From positions 1 through 64,000 of the IMG/VR virus record IMGVR_UViG_3300008952_000030: 64,000 nt of DNA. The stretch is one strand, 5' to 3'. This document shows, piece by piece, positions 35,395-46,579 of the stretch. The notes under the pieces were generated by a model. The model searched no databases. It had not been told where the DNA came from and saw nothing but the letters and a program-made list of their open reading frames with translations. Positions within the stretch are counted from its first letter, which is position 1. Each line of letters opens with the position of its first letter. The stretch is from a virus. The translations under genes and the position numbers were made by a program.

Positions 35395-35398
35395 ATAC

Positions 35399-35959
35399 CT
35401 ACATAGTGCCGAGAATATGCATAAGTGACGCAAACAGTACAAAAATATGCCACACAGTATGATAATACGGCACATAATCATGTATATAAAAATACAAGCC
35501 CACAAGATATACGGCACAACCAACGATGAACATCGAAGATAGGGGAGCAGATGAAAATAAAACAATTGATAAACACAATAGGCCGTTGGCTACAAAAGTT
35601 TTAACAGCTGCCCTCTCCAGAAGTTTAGTACCATAGTGAGACACAATGTACTGGCACCCTACTGCTCCTGCGAACAAGCAAAGCACACACCAATACAGCA
35701 GGTTGTGCGGAAACAAGTAGGCTATCGAGGTACACGCTATCGTTGCGTGAATTGACGCCATGTCGAGCATCCTATATAAACTCTTTCTTGAACCCCTCTC
35801 TGTGCCGTGGTACAACACCGAGCAGAAAAAAGTACAGCACAACATTGCAGAAATTATCTTCGTTGCTGGTGTGCCCGTGACAAAAAAAGAAAAACACATG
35901 CCCACCCCAAAGGCATGTGTTACTGCATTCCACGTCTCCTCTTGCCTGTGTCTTCTCAT
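35399..35959 (-). CDS. Hemolysin III / PAQR family membrane protein
   Basis: EETWNAVTH, SVLYH, RMLDMASIH, HTVWHIFV. Confidence 0.88.
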   Translation of the reverse strand: MRRHRQEETWNAVTHAFGVGMCFSFFVTGTPATKIISAMLCCTFFCSVLYHGTERGSRKSLYRMLDMASIHATIACTSIAYLFPHNLLYWCVLCLFAGAVGCQYIVSHYGTKLLERAAVKTFVANGLLCLSIVLFSSAPLSSMFIVGCAVYLVGLYFYIHDYVPYYHTVWHIFVLFASLMHILGTM

Positions 35960-36045
35960 TTCACTTTACGTTCTCCCACCAAAAAACCCGTATAAGACAG
36001 CCACAAAGCAAAAGAGTATCATGACATGTAGACAGTTCTCTAAGC

Positions 36046-37305
36046 TCACTTTTTCTTTAACTTTGCCAGTTCGTCCTGCCACTTAAGCATTGTTTCCACC
36101 ATGCTCTTCTTGTTCATCGAACTGATTTCCTTATGAGAAAGCTTGCCATCACTGGTGATGGTTTCTTGACTGCTCGTAACAATCTCTCTCTTGTATCCCT
36201 CTTGCTTAAGCTTTTCTGCAATCTTCATCCTATCCTTCGCCAGCTCAGCATATTTTTGAGAGATATCAATACCAATCCATTTTCTGTCGTTGAGGTGCGC
36301 CATCTTTGTAGTTGTGCCAGAACCCACAAAAGGATCGAGGACAACATCTCCCGGCTCAGTCCAAGTCAAAACGTGATCTTCTACCAGTTTTTCAGGATAA
36401 ATTGCTGGATGTTCAAACGCAATCTTATCCTTTGTTGAAAAGTTCTTTCCTGTGTTGTACTTCCAGATATTGTTTCGCGGGGAGAACTCTGGTACAGGCT
36501 TTTGCACCCGGCTCTTGAGCTTTCCGTCCTTGCCACGCATCGATGAAACACCGAGCCCCAACTTAGAATAGTTAACCTTCCGAAAGTCAAAACCCTCATC
36601 ATCAATAGTCAAGCCATTTTGCGCCTCTTTGTATCCCATCGACTTAAGCGCCTTCCTGATAAGCCCGAACAACTCTTGCTTTTCTGATTCAGTGTGACTC
36701 TCCTCAATTGAGTCAAAGTTGAACTTATCGTTAAAACTGCCCCAACCAGTCCACTTATTTGGCTTGTCACACACAAGCTTGTGAGTCTTTGGCTTGCCCT
36801 TCGAGAACACAAACATATACTCAAATATTTGCGAGTAGCGATTGCCGTCTCTGCGAGCAGGAAACGATGTACCATTCTTCTCGTAAATCATGGTATCGTG
36901 AATATTAAATCCGATATCTTTAAAGTACAAAGCCTGGCGGAAAGAACTTCCAGACTCGCTTCCTTTGTCAACCGCATCTCCAACAACCCACACAACAACC
37001 CCACCTGGCTTAGTTACTCTATAGAGTTCGTCTGCAATGTCCTCAAAAGGAAATGAATATCCATTATTTTCTGTGAGCTTTTCAGCTATCTTCTTTTTCT
37101 TAAATGCTGATAGTTCTCTCTTAAACTCTTTCTCGTCTGAGAAGTCGTCGACTGTCTTGTTGAACGAAGCAGTAAACTCGTCAGAATAAAACCTAATGTC
37201 ATCGTACGGAGGAGAAGTCACCGTCAAATCAACACTACTATCAGACATAAGTTTAAGCTTTTCAACTGAATTTCCACACAGAATTTTATTAAGCGGCAAT
37301 GACAT
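36046..37305 (-). CDS. Beta-class N4-cytosine/N6-adenine DNA methyltransferase
   Basis: VTSPPY precedes HPAIYP and DPFVGSGTT. Confidence 0.93.
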   Translation of the reverse strand: MSLPLNKILCGNSVEKLKLMSDSSVDLTVTSPPYDDIRFYSDEFTASFNKTVDDFSDEKEFKRELSAFKKKKIAEKLTENNGYSFPFEDIADELYRVTKPGGVVVWVVGDAVDKGSESGSSFRQALYFKDIGFNIHDTMIYEKNGTSFPARRDGNRYSQIFEYMFVFSKGKPKTHKLVCDKPNKWTGWGSFNDKFNFDSIEESHTESEKQELFGLIRKALKSMGYKEAQNGLTIDDEGFDFRKVNYSKLGLGVSSMRGKDGKLKSRVQKPVPEFSPRNNIWKYNTGKNFSTKDKIAFEHPAIYPEKLVEDHVLTWTEPGDVVLDPFVGSGTTTKMAHLNDRKWIGIDISQKYAELAKDRMKIAEKLKQEGYKREIVTSSQETITSDGKLSHKEISSMNKKSMVETMLKWQDELAKLKKK

Positions 37306-38044
37306 TGATTTTCTCCTTGTTTGTGTTGTTGACTTTCATTAGCTTATTGTTGTTGTCGCGATACTTGTCAAGAGACTCTTTGACAATCTTACACCACTTC
37401 TTCTTAGGTTCGACGGATCCGAGCGAAATATAGCTGGAGTAAGCTGCAATCCGTGACTTGTGGATCCTTGCTGTGGTAAAGCTACTCTTATCTGTAGCCT
37501 CTCCCTTCCACCCCATGTCAAAGCCATCTACCACCGAAAAGTGCGCAGACTTAAACATGCCATGAATAGCTGAAGTTGAAAGCGGAGGTAGCTCCATCTC
37601 TTTGTCCAACTCATAGTTAACAAGAACATAGTTATCAATCTTGCCGCTGCCCTCAGAGTGTGTTGCTCCAGTCCATCCGTTGCTACTCTGAGTTGTCTTC
37701 ACCTCGAAGTAAACGATGTTTGCCCTGTCCTCCACTCGGACGCCAAAGTCATTTTTTTGTTCCTTTGCGTTATGAAGCTTAGAAACCGTATCAAAACCAT
37801 TATCTGATAATACCCTCTTGATGGCATACTCAAATTCGTACGCAGAACGCACAGTTAAAAAAACAGTTTGCTGTCCCACGTTCTCTTCTACATGCTGAAC
37901 ATAATCGTTGAGAGTCCTTATAGATGGCTCAAGCCTTCGGAGGGACTTGAAGTTATCCCCTACGACGCTCTCCACCAGAGCCATCACATCGATGGCAAAC
38001 TGCTTCGTCCGCATGAACGAAACAAGCTGATTGTAAGTTTTCAT
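37289..38044 (-). CDS. Putative PD-(D/E)xK endonuclease (restriction-enzyme-like)
   Basis: FE...KNDFGV...YFEVKTT; overlaps the MTase gene; promoter TTGACT-17-TATAAT at 38100-38128. Confidence 0.55.
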   Translation of the reverse strand: MKTYNQLVSFMRTKQFAIDVMALVESVVGDNFKSLRRLEPSIRTLNDYVQHVEENVGQQTVFLTVRSAYEFEYAIKRVLSDNGFDTVSKLHNAKEQKNDFGVRVEDRANIVYFEVKTTQSSNGWTGATHSEGSGKIDNYVLVNYELDKEMELPPLSTSAIHGMFKSAHFSVVDGFDMGWKGEATDKSSFTTARIHKSRIAAYSSYISLGSVEPKKKWCKIVKESLDKYRDNNNKLMKVNNTNKEKINVIAA

Positions 38045-38472
38045 TTTAAAGCCTTTCTTGCTTTATTCGAATAGGTTTGCAATTTCTCTTGCTATTGTAA
38101 TTATATCTGAACTCTTCTCCAAAGTCAAGTCTTTGTTGTCTTCTAATAGACTCTTGACTCTCTTAAAGATTTCTTCTTGTGTTATATTCTCTATCTTTTC
38201 TGTCGGGAAGTGAACCACTCGTTCCATACCCTTGGGCCCAGAGAGATATATTCTAGACATCCCATCCACCTCCAACATGCGATCGCAAACCGTTAGCAAC
38301 CAATGTCAGGGCGTCAGCAATATCAAAAGCGTCGTTTGCATGGATTGCCATGCGAAACTTTTCTCCGATTTCCACCACTATCTTACCGTGATGTTCATAA
38401 ATTTCCACAGCCTCTACGTCTCCACCATGCTCGATGAAGAGGCTTTTTGAATTTTCAAACAATTATTTTCTC

Positions 38473-39030
38473 CTACAAGTGCTCATGTAAGCCCTTCCTC
38501 TTTATAGTGCCAAGAGGCAAATAAACGTATTCCACTTCAATGTAAAGTTCGTTTTCATCTGAAAATAGATAAGCATTTATTTCAAACTTCTTGTCTTTAG
38601 TTCTCCACCTTGTCTCAATTTCGGCGAGTCCAACCCTCATCGCATAACACTCACTAACGAAAACCAACTCATCAAGGAGGGACTCCTTCGTAACATTTCT
38701 TCTGTAATATTTTCCGTATTTCGTATTAAGTCCCTCAACAATCTTGTTGTACTGCTTAAAACAATTACTTTCTGTGATTCCTTCTGGGCCCAGTAAAAGA
38801 TATGCTTTTCCTATTCTCTTGCCTGCGAATTCCAGTAGAATTTCTGAGCGGAAATCGTCTCCCAGCCAGCCTAAGAACCTCATGTATCCCCAGTCTGTGT
38901 CTCCCCACAAATACTTATAATCTTTGTATTCCCGATAGGAGTCTGGCACTTCTTCACCCCATGGCAAACCCAGAGGGCTTCCAAAGGCTGCTGTTTGCAA
39001 CATCAACACTGTTAACAGAACTCTTAACAC
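38473..39030 (-). CDS. Exported hypothetical protein
   Basis: Signal peptide, GLPWG...LNTKYG pattern. Confidence 0.6.
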   Translation of the reverse strand: MLRVLLTVLMLQTAAFGSPLGLPWGEEVPDSYREYKDYKYLWGDTDWGYMRFLGWLGDDFRSEILLEFAGKRIGKAYLLLGPEGITESNCFKQYNKIVEGLNTKYGKYYRRNVTKESLLDELVFVSECYAMRVGLAEIETRWRTKDKKFEINAYLFSDENELYIEVEYVYLPLGTIKRKGLHEHL

Positions 39031-39649
39031 TTCACTAATAACTATCCCTTGAATTATATATTTTATGATATCATATCATTTTAAATTTTGCAAGTTCTTT
39101 TTTCCTGTTTCTTGTCTTTTTTCCTGTTTCTTGTCTGATGTCCTTCCTATCTTCTCAACTCGACGAGGAGGAAGAGGGAAGAGAATGTATTTGCGAATGT
39201 TCACTCTAAACCTACGCTGTGTAACATACTAACAAACTCGGACTGAGTATACGGCACTTTACGTATGGCGGGCCCAACTGTCTTAAACCAGTATACACTC
39301 ACACGCCAATCTGCCTCGTAAGGTTCAGCAAAAATATGCCCCAGCACAATACCGTATAAATACACATCTCTCAAGTTAGTGTACATGTTCTTCTTTACCA
39401 AGGCACCTATTGCTATCGGTTGGCGGAACACAGCGCAAGCCTAATCCTTGTCATAGCTTTTTTGATATGTTTTCAGAGCCATAACCAGGCGAGCGTGAAG
39501 ATCCGCGATATGCTTCTCTTGGTGTTCCACGGGCTCAGTAAAATCAATAAAAGACTGTAGAACATTTTCAATGCCGTACCTGCCTATCATTTTTACTAAG
39601 TCCTTGCGTGGGCCGAGTGGCTCTTCCGTAGCTTGAGGATGGCTTTCTT

Positions 39650-39868
39650 CTAATTCTTCTGCCATAATGATTTGCCCCCATTGTATCTCTTATCTATAGA
39701 GCTTATGAGTTCTATGTCTGATTTAAATAAAAAGTGCCGAGTGCCCCTTATCAACACACAGAGTATTCCTACTTCGTTTGCTTCGGAACAAACAAGTCCC
39801 AAATTGTTGAAAAGCCCGTAAGTGTGAAGGGACACCCCTGGCACTTTAACCAGATCTCCTACTTTCAT
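39650..39868 (-). CDS. MKVGDLV...IELISS family miniprotein (orphan copy)
   Basis: Same termini pattern as the cassette proteins. Confidence 0.75.
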   Translation of the reverse strand: MKVGDLVKVPGVSLHTYGLFNNLGLVCSEANEVGILCVLIRGTRHFLFKSDIELISSIDKRYNGGKSLWQKN

Positions 39869-39894
39869 AATAATAAGTAGTATTTAAAGGTATA

Positions 39895-40332
39895 TTACTC
39901 GATGTCAACCACTTCGATGTCGAAGTTTAAAACCTTTCCAGCCATCGGATGATTGAAGTCCACCACAACTGCTTCGCCCTTATCTTCTTGCAGCGTACCA
40001 ACCAGTGGGAAGCCGGCTTCGTTTGTTCCCTGAATTACTTCTCCTTGTGTGAAGACGAAATTTTCCGGGAAGTTCTCTTTCGAAACTTCTACGATTGCTT
40101 CGAGGTTCCTCTCTCCATATGCCTGATCAGGCGATAGATTGATAGTCTTGGTATCTCCCGTCTTCATGCCTGTCAAGGCAGCGTCGAAACCAGCAATAAC
40201 CTGTCCGGCGCCGACTTCAACATCGATAGGGGTTCCACGATCGTACGAACTGTCAAATACAGTGCCGTCGTCGAAAGTTCCCTTATAATGTACCTTAACC
40301 TTGTTTCCTGTCTCTACTGTTTTATTACTCAC
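39895..40332 (-). CDS. FKBP-type peptidyl-prolyl isomerase (SlyD/FkpB-like)
   Basis: VHYKGTFDDGTVFDSS, QVIAGFD, AYGE, VDFNHPMAGKVLNFDIEV. Confidence 0.95.
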   Translation of the reverse strand: MSNKTVETGNKVKVHYKGTFDDGTVFDSSYDRGTPIDVEVGAGQVIAGFDAALTGMKTGDTKTINLSPDQAYGERNLEAIVEVSKENFPENFVFTQGEVIQGTNEAGFPLVGTLQEDKGEAVVVDFNHPMAGKVLNFDIEVVDIE

Positions 40333-40413
40333 TTTTGCTCCTTTAAGTGTTCGACAGCCTTACGTCGAATTTTGTTTGTATATAGTATCACATTATTTTA
40401 AAAAAATCAATTA

Positions 40414-40680
40414 TTATTTTTTGTTTTTTTCTATCTTGTCTCTTATCTCTGAAATATCCTTTTGGAGATTTTTCATTTGTAGAGTCATCAGTCTCATCTC
40501 TTGTACAACTTTTGACTCCTTCTTGCTTCTTATGTTTGTTACGTCGATAGACAGGGAATTAGACTCCGCAGTCGTTCTCATTATCATAAAACTGACACCC
40601 ACCAAGCCCAATAGGAGGACTATTGTAACCGTATTCATCAGAAATTCAAGTTTTCTCTTTTTCTGTCGACTTAACGCCAT
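40414..40680 (-). CDS. Membrane-anchored coiled-coil protein
   Basis: TM helix plus heptad-like tail. Confidence 0.55.
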   Translation of the reverse strand: MALSRQKKRKLEFLMNTVTIVLLLGLVGVSFMIMRTTAESNSLSIDVTNIRSKKESKVVQEMRLMTLQMKNLQKDISEIRDKIEKNKK

Positions 40681-40880
40681 CTCAAACCTTCTCGATATAA
40701 CTATCGCGTGGCCGAAACACTTGTTTCACACGAAAAATCATCTTTTGCGGCATCGTTAGTGAACTATATGCATTGAAGCACACCTCCGTCATAAGTGCGT
40801 CTGCTGGACTTTTAGTCCTCTTATAGTCCAGTTTGTCTTCTGGTGGTATACTCTCACTCTCATGTTTATTATTGCTCAAT

Positions 40881-41180
40881 TTATTTTCTCCTTTCTGGCG
40901 TACATTCCATAAGCCAACAATATGTTCTACTATCTCCAGGCACCATGCACTCCGACGTGCATACCTGATTGTGCATTTTGGTACTAGGACTATGGCATAT
41001 CCACCTGTCCTCACAGGGAACACTAACATCCCCCGACATCTCAAACGTGGCGCAGTCAGTGTCGACATGGCTTATAATTTCAGAAGGAACATGGGTTGCC
41101 CCAACGTCAGCTTCTTCCTGTCCGCATGCCAAAACAAACATGAACAGCAGCACACAACAAAGTATTTTATTCAAAATCAT
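40881..41180 (-). CDS. Cys-rich lipoprotein
   Basis: Lipobox VLAC; WICHSP..H..VC motif. Confidence 0.6.
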   Translation of the reverse strand: MILNKILCCVLLFMFVLACGQEEADVGATHVPSEIISHVDTDCATFEMSGDVSVPCEDRWICHSPSTKMHNQVCTSECMVPGDSRTYCWLMECTPERRK

Positions 41181-41403
41181 AGATAGACTCCTCTACAACA
41201 ATCAAGCTTCCATGATTGTACATGCTTTCATTATAACAGGAGTACTTATAGTTTTTAACAACTTCTTTAACAATCTCTTTCATTTTTTCAGAATTGCCAG
41301 TAATAATCCTGCACGGTGGCTCAGCCCAGTTTAAAAAATTACAAACCAGGTTCTCAACGTCTCCGTGCTTTGTCTTGTGCAAATCCAATGTCTTGAGCTT
41401 CAT
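41167..41403 (-). CDS. Standalone Smr/MutS2 C-terminal-like domain
   Basis: LDLH...IITGNS...NHGSLIV. Confidence 0.75.
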   Translation of the reverse strand: MKLKTLDLHKTKHGDVENLVCNFLNWAEPPCRIITGNSEKMKEIVKEVVKNYKYSCYNESMYNHGSLIVVEESIYDFE

Positions 41404-41409
41404 CCTCTC

Positions 41410-43290
41410 TTAGACTTCCTCAAATTCAGCATCTACGACGTCGTCATCCTGATCCGCAGGCTCTTCACTTGATGGCTCTTGCTTTGCTGCCGACTCATAC
41501 ATTTCTTTGCCTGCAGCCTGCATTGCCTGTGTCAACAGCTCAAGCTCTTTCTTGATTAACTCCGGTGTACTTTCCTGAGTTAAGCACATTCTTGCCGACT
41601 CTATTGCTCTTTGCACGTCGCCGCTGGTAGCTTCTGAAATCTTATCCGGGTTTTCTTTGAGAAGTTTTTCTGCTTGAAATACCGTTGATTCAAGCTTGTT
41701 CTTGTCCTCTACCTGTTGGCGGCGTTCCTTATCTTTCGATTCGTTAGCCTTTGCTTCTGCCACCATCCTATCCACCTCGCCCTTAGACAAGGATCCTCCA
41801 GACTTCTCGATAACAATCTTTTGTTCCTTGTTTGTAGCTTTATCAGTCGCAATTACGCTTACAATTCCGTTGGCGTCGATATCGAACTTAACATCGATTT
41901 GAGGAACTCCGCGAGGAAGAGGCGGGATGCCATCAAGCTTGAACACTCCCAAAACCTTATTATCTGCTGCGAACTCCCTTTCCCCTTGCAAAACTTTGAT
42001 ATCAACGGCAGGCTGACTATCAGCAGCAGTTGTAAAAACCTGTGATTTAGAACAAGGTATCGTTGTGTTCCTGTCGATAAGCCTTGTCATAACACCTCCC
42101 ATTGTCTCGATACCTAGCGATAATGGAGTCACGTCAAGAAGAAGCAAATCCCTTACTTCTCCCGTAAACACTCCACCCTGCACTCCGGCGCCGAGCGCTA
42201 CAACCTCGTCTGGATTGACGGAAGAGTTTGCCTGCTTACCGAAGAAATCTTCCACTGCCTTACGGACACAGGGGATCCTTGTAGAGCCTCCAACCAAAAT
42301 CACTTCGTCTATCTCCGACGATGACATGCTAGCGTCCTCAAGCGCATTCTTGACTGGTTCAATAGTCTTTTTGACTAACTCATCTATCATCTGCTCAAAC
42401 TTGGAGCGGTTCAAGGTGAGCTGCAAGTGCTTTGGGCCGGAGGCATCGGCAGTGATAAATGGAAGATTCACATCCGTCTGCTGAGTGCTTGACAATTCTA
42501 TTTTAGCTTTTTCTGCTGCTTCTCTCAACCTCTGCATTACCATGGAATCTTTCGATACGTCGATGCCAGAATCTTTCTTAAACTCTTCGACTATCCACTG
42601 GATTAGAACCCTGTCAACATCGTCACCACCAAGATGCGTGTCCCCATTCGTACTTAGAACCTCGACTACGCCATCAGCTATCTCAAGCACAGAGACATCA
42701 AAGGTGCCGCCGCCCAAATCGTATACAACAATCTTCTTTTCATCCTGCTTGTCAAGCCCATAAGCAAGAGCTGCAGCAGTTGGCTCGTTGATTATTCTCT
42801 TAACCACAAGTCCAGCAATCTGTCCAGCGTCGCGGGTTGCTTGTCGCTGAGCGTCGTTAAAGTAAGCTGGGACAGTAATGACTGCCTCCTTCACTTCCTC
42901 CCCTAGATAAGATTCAGCTGCTGACTTCAGCTTAATAAGAACCTGAGCGCTGATTTCTTGAGGAGCTAATCCTTTTCCGTTTAACACAATCTCGCAGGAT
43001 CCGGATGCTGACTTCTTTACTTCGTAGGGCATCTCAGATGCCTCTTTCGTCACCTCTTCATAGTTCATCCCCATAAATCTCTTGGCGGAGTAGACGGTGT
43101 TCTTGGCATTCGTAACAGCCTGCCTTCGAGCTGGATTGCCGACAACTCTTTCTCCGCTTTGCAGATACCCCACTACCGATGGAGTAGTTCTGGCTCCCTC
43201 TTCGTTTGTGATTATCTTTGGGCTGTCGCCCTCCATGACAGCGACGGCGCTATTGGTTGTTCCTAAATCAATTCCGATAACTTTTGACAT
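41410..43290 (-). CDS. dnaK: Hsp70 chaperone DnaK
   Basis: [43 protein letters not shown]. Confidence 0.99.
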   Translation of the reverse strand: MSKVIGIDLGTTNSAVAVMEGDSPKIITNEEGARTTPSVVGYLQSGERVVGNPARRQAVTNAKNTVYSAKRFMGMNYEEVTKEASEMPYEVKKSASGSCEIVLNGKGLAPQEISAQVLIKLKSAAESYLGEEVKEAVITVPAYFNDAQRQATRDAGQIAGLVVKRIINEPTAAALAYGLDKQDEKKIVVYDLGGGTFDVSVLEIADGVVEVLSTNGDTHLGGDDVDRVLIQWIVEEFKKDSGIDVSKDSMVMQRLREAAEKAKIELSSTQQTDVNLPFITADASGPKHLQLTLNRSKFEQMIDELVKKTIEPVKNALEDASMSSSEIDEVILVGGSTRIPCVRKAVEDFFGKQANSSVNPDEVVALGAGVQGGVFTGEVRDLLLLDVTPLSLGIETMGGVMTRLIDRNTTIPCSKSQVFTTAADSQPAVDIKVLQGEREFAADNKVLGVFKLDGIPPLPRGVPQIDVKFDIDANGIVSVIATDKATNKEQKIVIEKSGGSLSKGEVDRMVAEAKANESKDKERRQQVEDKNKLESTVFQAEKLLKENPDKISEATSGDVQRAIESARMCLTQESTPELIKKELELLTQAMQAAGKEMYESAAKQEPSSEEPADQDDDVVDAEFEEV

Positions 43291-43386
43291 TTTTCAAGTT
43301 TCTCCTTTTTGTGTTCCCGGACTTCATATACTATAAGCACGCATTTCCTGTGTGCAAGCTTTTTTTAAACTATATCAGATTTTATG

Positions 43387-43671
43387 TTATTTTTCAAGAC
43401 TTTTGTCAATTGTTTTGTGACGGATCAGCCAGTTTGTTGTAACCCATCCCCTTCTTGTGCCTTCTTTTTTCGAAAATGCTTTTTCGAAGTAATGCTCATA
43501 TTCAGAGCCAGGAACCATGCACACCAACGCTCGCTTTCTATTTTTTTGAAAGCCGCCGTCGATATTGTCGATTCTTACTACTATGCCTATCCACTCTCTT
43601 CCATAAAGAACGTGATTCACTATGTCTCCCACTTCGATGTCTACGCCGTTCTTCTTCCATATATGAGGCAT
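43387..43671 (-). CDS. EVGDIV family small beta-barrel protein
   Basis: IEVGDIVNH...WIGIVV. Confidence 0.6.
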   Translation of the reverse strand: MPHIWKKNGVDIEVGDIVNHVLYGREWIGIVVRIDNIDGGFQKNRKRALVCMVPGSEYEHYFEKAFSKKEGTRRGWVTTNWLIRHKTIDKSLEK

Positions 43672-43926
43672 TTTTTTCTTGCACCTGTGTTATCTCGGAT
43701 TTACTATCGTTAACTAAAACTAAAATACCTAGACACGCCCAAGCGATGATCCACAAGACAAGAACCAAATTCATAAACTTGCTGTCCACTTATTAATTAT
43801 CTTCCTTACATGTCGTTTGGCAAACTTTTGTCATATCATTTCGCGGTACACATATATTTGATTGCAAATATTGCGGCAGTCAACAGTGCAGCTAGCACAT
43901 GGAGGAGAAAATTTCTCTTAAACCTC

Positions 43927-44526
43927 TCAATCATCCGTTTCATACGTCATAACACCAATAATATCTACCAACTTACCTACGTACATTGATGCCACATCAT
44001 GCCTACCCCTGGCTTTTGCGTCCTCTACTAAGGAGACAAGCTTTTTAAAGCAAAGTTCACAGTTTATATAGAATTCAACTGCCTCAAAAACTGCCCTTGT
44101 GGCAGAAAAGTTTACAGACTTCCCTACCTGGCGGAATATCATTTTCTGATTCCTTTCATTTATAGTCTCCAAAAGAACCAGTGCCTCAGAATCAGAGCCA
44201 GATTGAGTTTTTTTAGTATCAAAGTCCGCTTTTACTACAAAATTACTGAACCGTATCCTGTTCAAAGATTTATATTTCTTTGAATTCGCGGCGCATAAAC
44301 CCGAAAAGAGAGCGTCGACGACGCCGTCTCCGGCACACTTAAGCTTCTTGTTCGTTCCGCTATGCGAGTAAGAACAAGTAACTTCTGACACGCTTTTGTC
44401 GACAGACTCCTTTATAACAATAGAGTCTGGTGTCATGTCACAAATATCTGACAACAATATCTCTTTAAATATTTTCTTTATGCTTTCTTTTTTTACTTCT
44501 TCAGGACGTGTCCGTGTTGGCATCAC
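43927..44526 (-). CDS. Protein resembling the LeuA allosteric (dimerisation) domain
   Basis: AGDGVVDALFSGL...FVVKA...GSDSEALVLLE matches the GxGpvDA...GsdAxa pattern. Confidence 0.5.
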   Translation of the reverse strand: MMPTRTRPEEVKKESIKKIFKEILLSDICDMTPDSIVIKESVDKSVSEVTCSYSHSGTNKKLKCAGDGVVDALFSGLCAANSKKYKSLNRIRFSNFVVKADFDTKKTQSGSDSEALVLLETINERNQKMIFRQVGKSVNFSATRAVFEAVEFYINCELCFKKLVSLVEDAKARGRHDVASMYVGKLVDIIGVMTYETDD

Positions 44527-44897
44527 TCCACACGTTCCAGCGAAGGCGAAACCTTGAATATTCTCTGAACATTTTTTGTCTTTTTCATTGATCTGAGGAT
44601 GTCAATTTTCACATTTTCTGGAGTTTGAAACTCTCCTTGCAAACTGGGGATGAATTTAACGCTCAATCCTGCTACGTATCTCTTTTCTGCTATCGGCTCG
44701 TTGCCCACAACAACCGTAACGATAGTGACGTGAGGAAGCGCTCGAATATCGACTAGAATGTCATCCAAGCCTCGCTGCTTGTCCCCGCCATCGATAGTAT
44801 AGCCTATCATGCAATAAAATTTGTATATGCCGCGTTGACGGCTTCTTCCCTTTTCTTCTGAAATTTCTTTAAAGTATTTCTTTAATTCTCTTTCCAT
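44523..44897 (-). CDS. Hypothetical protein (DIRALPHVTIV)
   Basis: ACTATTTA box at 44926-44933. Confidence 0.6.
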   Translation of the reverse strand: MERELKKYFKEISEEKGRSRQRGIYKFYCMIGYTIDGGDKQRGLDDILVDIRALPHVTIVTVVVGNEPIAEKRYVAGLSVKFIPSLQGEFQTPENVKIDILRSMKKTKNVQRIFKVSPSLERVE

Positions 44898-44950
44898 GAT
44901 TTGTGTCCCTATTCAGATTCTGTAATAAATAGTAAATTATTTCTTCTTTA

Positions 44951-45298
44951 TCATGCATAAATTTGCACAAACATTATAACAAACGATAAAAATACACATA
45001 TCATTGTTTTCGGAGTGAACATGCTTTCTCCGAAAAAGTAGTGAGTCATGATTGGGAATGTCAAGTACGACAAGCCAAAGCTTAAAAAGCGCGCGCCCCA
45101 CAAGGACTTATCAAGAGAGTTGGTGGCTTGCCCCCAAGCGTACCAAAATAGAAGGCCGCAGGGGATTCCAAAAACAATCACGGATAACAGTCCTTTGCCT
45201 GCCCACCACTCACTCAAAAATTGCATATTAAGTTGCAGCCAGCTGAGTATGTGTGCAGATACAAACAAGAGCGCTGCTATAACTATGCCTTTACTCAC
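44951..45298 (-). CDS. Four-TM small membrane protein (DMT/SMR-like)
   Basis: Four hydrophobic helices, FGES...KT pattern. Confidence 0.6.
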   Translation of the reverse strand: MSKGIVIAALLFVSAHILSWLQLNMQFLSEWWAGKGLLSVIVFGIPCGLLFWYAWGQATNSLDKSLWGARFLSFGLSYLTFPIMTHYFFGESMFTPKTMICVFLSFVIMFVQIYA

Positions 45299-45639
45299 TA
45301 ATGTACATCCAGCGACAAGTTTGATAATTTCAAATCTATCTTAATTTCATGTATCAACATTGCTACCTTTGTTAATTTAAGTACGAACTCTGCGTCGATC
45401 TGATATTTTTCTTGTGATAAATCTGGAAATACTTTGTCTAAGTATTCCTCTAGTACATGAGCATTTAAGAAAAGTTCGCAAAGACACCTTATAGTGTATG
45501 CAGAGTACACATTCCTCTTGGAATAGTTGTCTTCCAACAGGCATTCTGCGCGGTGAAACACATTGTCGACATCCTTATAGAAAGCTAGCACATCTTGCCT
45601 GCTTAAAGTCACTTTTCCAGGCGCTGGTGGCTTACTCAT
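45298..45639 (-). CDS. Hypothetical protein
   Basis: Operonic ORF. Confidence 0.55.
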   Translation of the reverse strand: MSKPPAPGKVTLSRQDVLAFYKDVDNVFHRAECLLEDNYSKRNVYSAYTIRCLCELFLNAHVLEEYLDKVFPDLSQEKYQIDAEFVLKLTKVAMLIHEIKIDLKLSNLSLDVH

Positions 45640-46055
45640 TATAGCAACCTTCCCTTCCCCCAGAAATGCCGTTCTTTTCTATTTTGCACAATCAAGAACG
45701 CATCAATGTACTTATCACCCCTTCTTTCTACGATTCTTGCCTGGTAAAGCTCCAAGATTCCGTATTTTGGCTTTGGTTGTCGCTTTGCATACTTCTTTCT
45801 AGGGGGAGGCTTGTTGAGAAAATTTACACAAGCCTGAGCCAACTCTTCGGCGGTTGCTTCAATCCCCTTGTACGCCTCAAAATCCATGTCGATTCTAGCC
45901 GCGATCACCCAGCGCTTGGAGCCAAACTTGGGAATGTCCCAAAAATTGGAACCATGATACTTTCCCCTCTTTAGTTTCAAAGCATTGGTTTCAAAAAAAT
46001 ATTCCGGTATCTCTCTCAAATCACATTCGATTTCATTTAAATTAGACATCGAGCA
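45639..46055 (-). CDS. Hypothetical protein
   Basis: Operonic ORF; start uncertain. Confidence 0.55.
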   Translation of the reverse strand, partial: CSMSNLNEIECDLREIPEYFFETNALKLKRGKYHGSNFWDIPKFGSKRWVIAARIDMDFEAYKGIEATAEELAQACVNFLNKPPPRKKYAKRQPKPKYGILELYQARIVERRGDKYIDAFLIVQNRKERHFWGKGRLL

Positions 46056-46289
46056 TGCCTGAAAGATCATCGTAGCCGCCAATAAAGCTTGTTTTGCCGG
46101 TAAGCTTGTTGTTTTCTAAAATGATGGGGATGGTAGCATGATTGTAATACCTCTTTGCTTCCTCCATGCCTTCGACGTCTTCTTCCATATTCAAAAAAAC
46201 ATATTCAAGACTTGCTTCCTTCAGAAGACGAATGGAGTTGATACAAAACGGACACCTAGATGTTCCATAAATTATATATCTGTTATCCA
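46042..46289 (-). CDS. Glutaredoxin
   Basis: YGTSRCPFC, TIPII, FIGGYDDL. Confidence 0.92.
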
Positions 46290-46579
46290 TGCAACAATGC
46301 CTTTCCCGCCAGTGTATCGTTAATGTCCTCAACATTCCCGACAACCACGATATCAGTACCAGACTGCCCCCTAGACAAAGAAATTGTACAAAACTCCTCT
46401 ATAGTGCTAATGCCGTCTATCATCCCTTCGGCGAGTCTCTTCGACATCGAAGGGTTCTGCCTGATATAAATAACGTGTTCTGGGTTTATGAAGATATCTC
46501 TTAGAGTATACTTCATCTTATTCACTGGTGATGCAGTAGGAGAAACGTTCCTGTACACCTCTTTAAGTTTAACAATCAT
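46283..46579 (-). CDS. Hypothetical protein (FlbD-like 'IFINPEHV' pattern)
   Basis: MIVKL...IFINPEHVIYI. Confidence 0.5.
   Translation of the reverse strand: MIVKLKEVYRNVSPTASPVNKMKYTLRDIFINPEHVIYIRQNPSMSKRLAEGMIDGISTIEEFCTISLSRGQSGTDIVVVGNVEDINDTLAGKALLHG

Noticed and set aside
39099-39135. Short tandem duplication tttttcctgtttcttgtc x2
   Set aside because: Likely a simple slippage duplication with no further copies seen.
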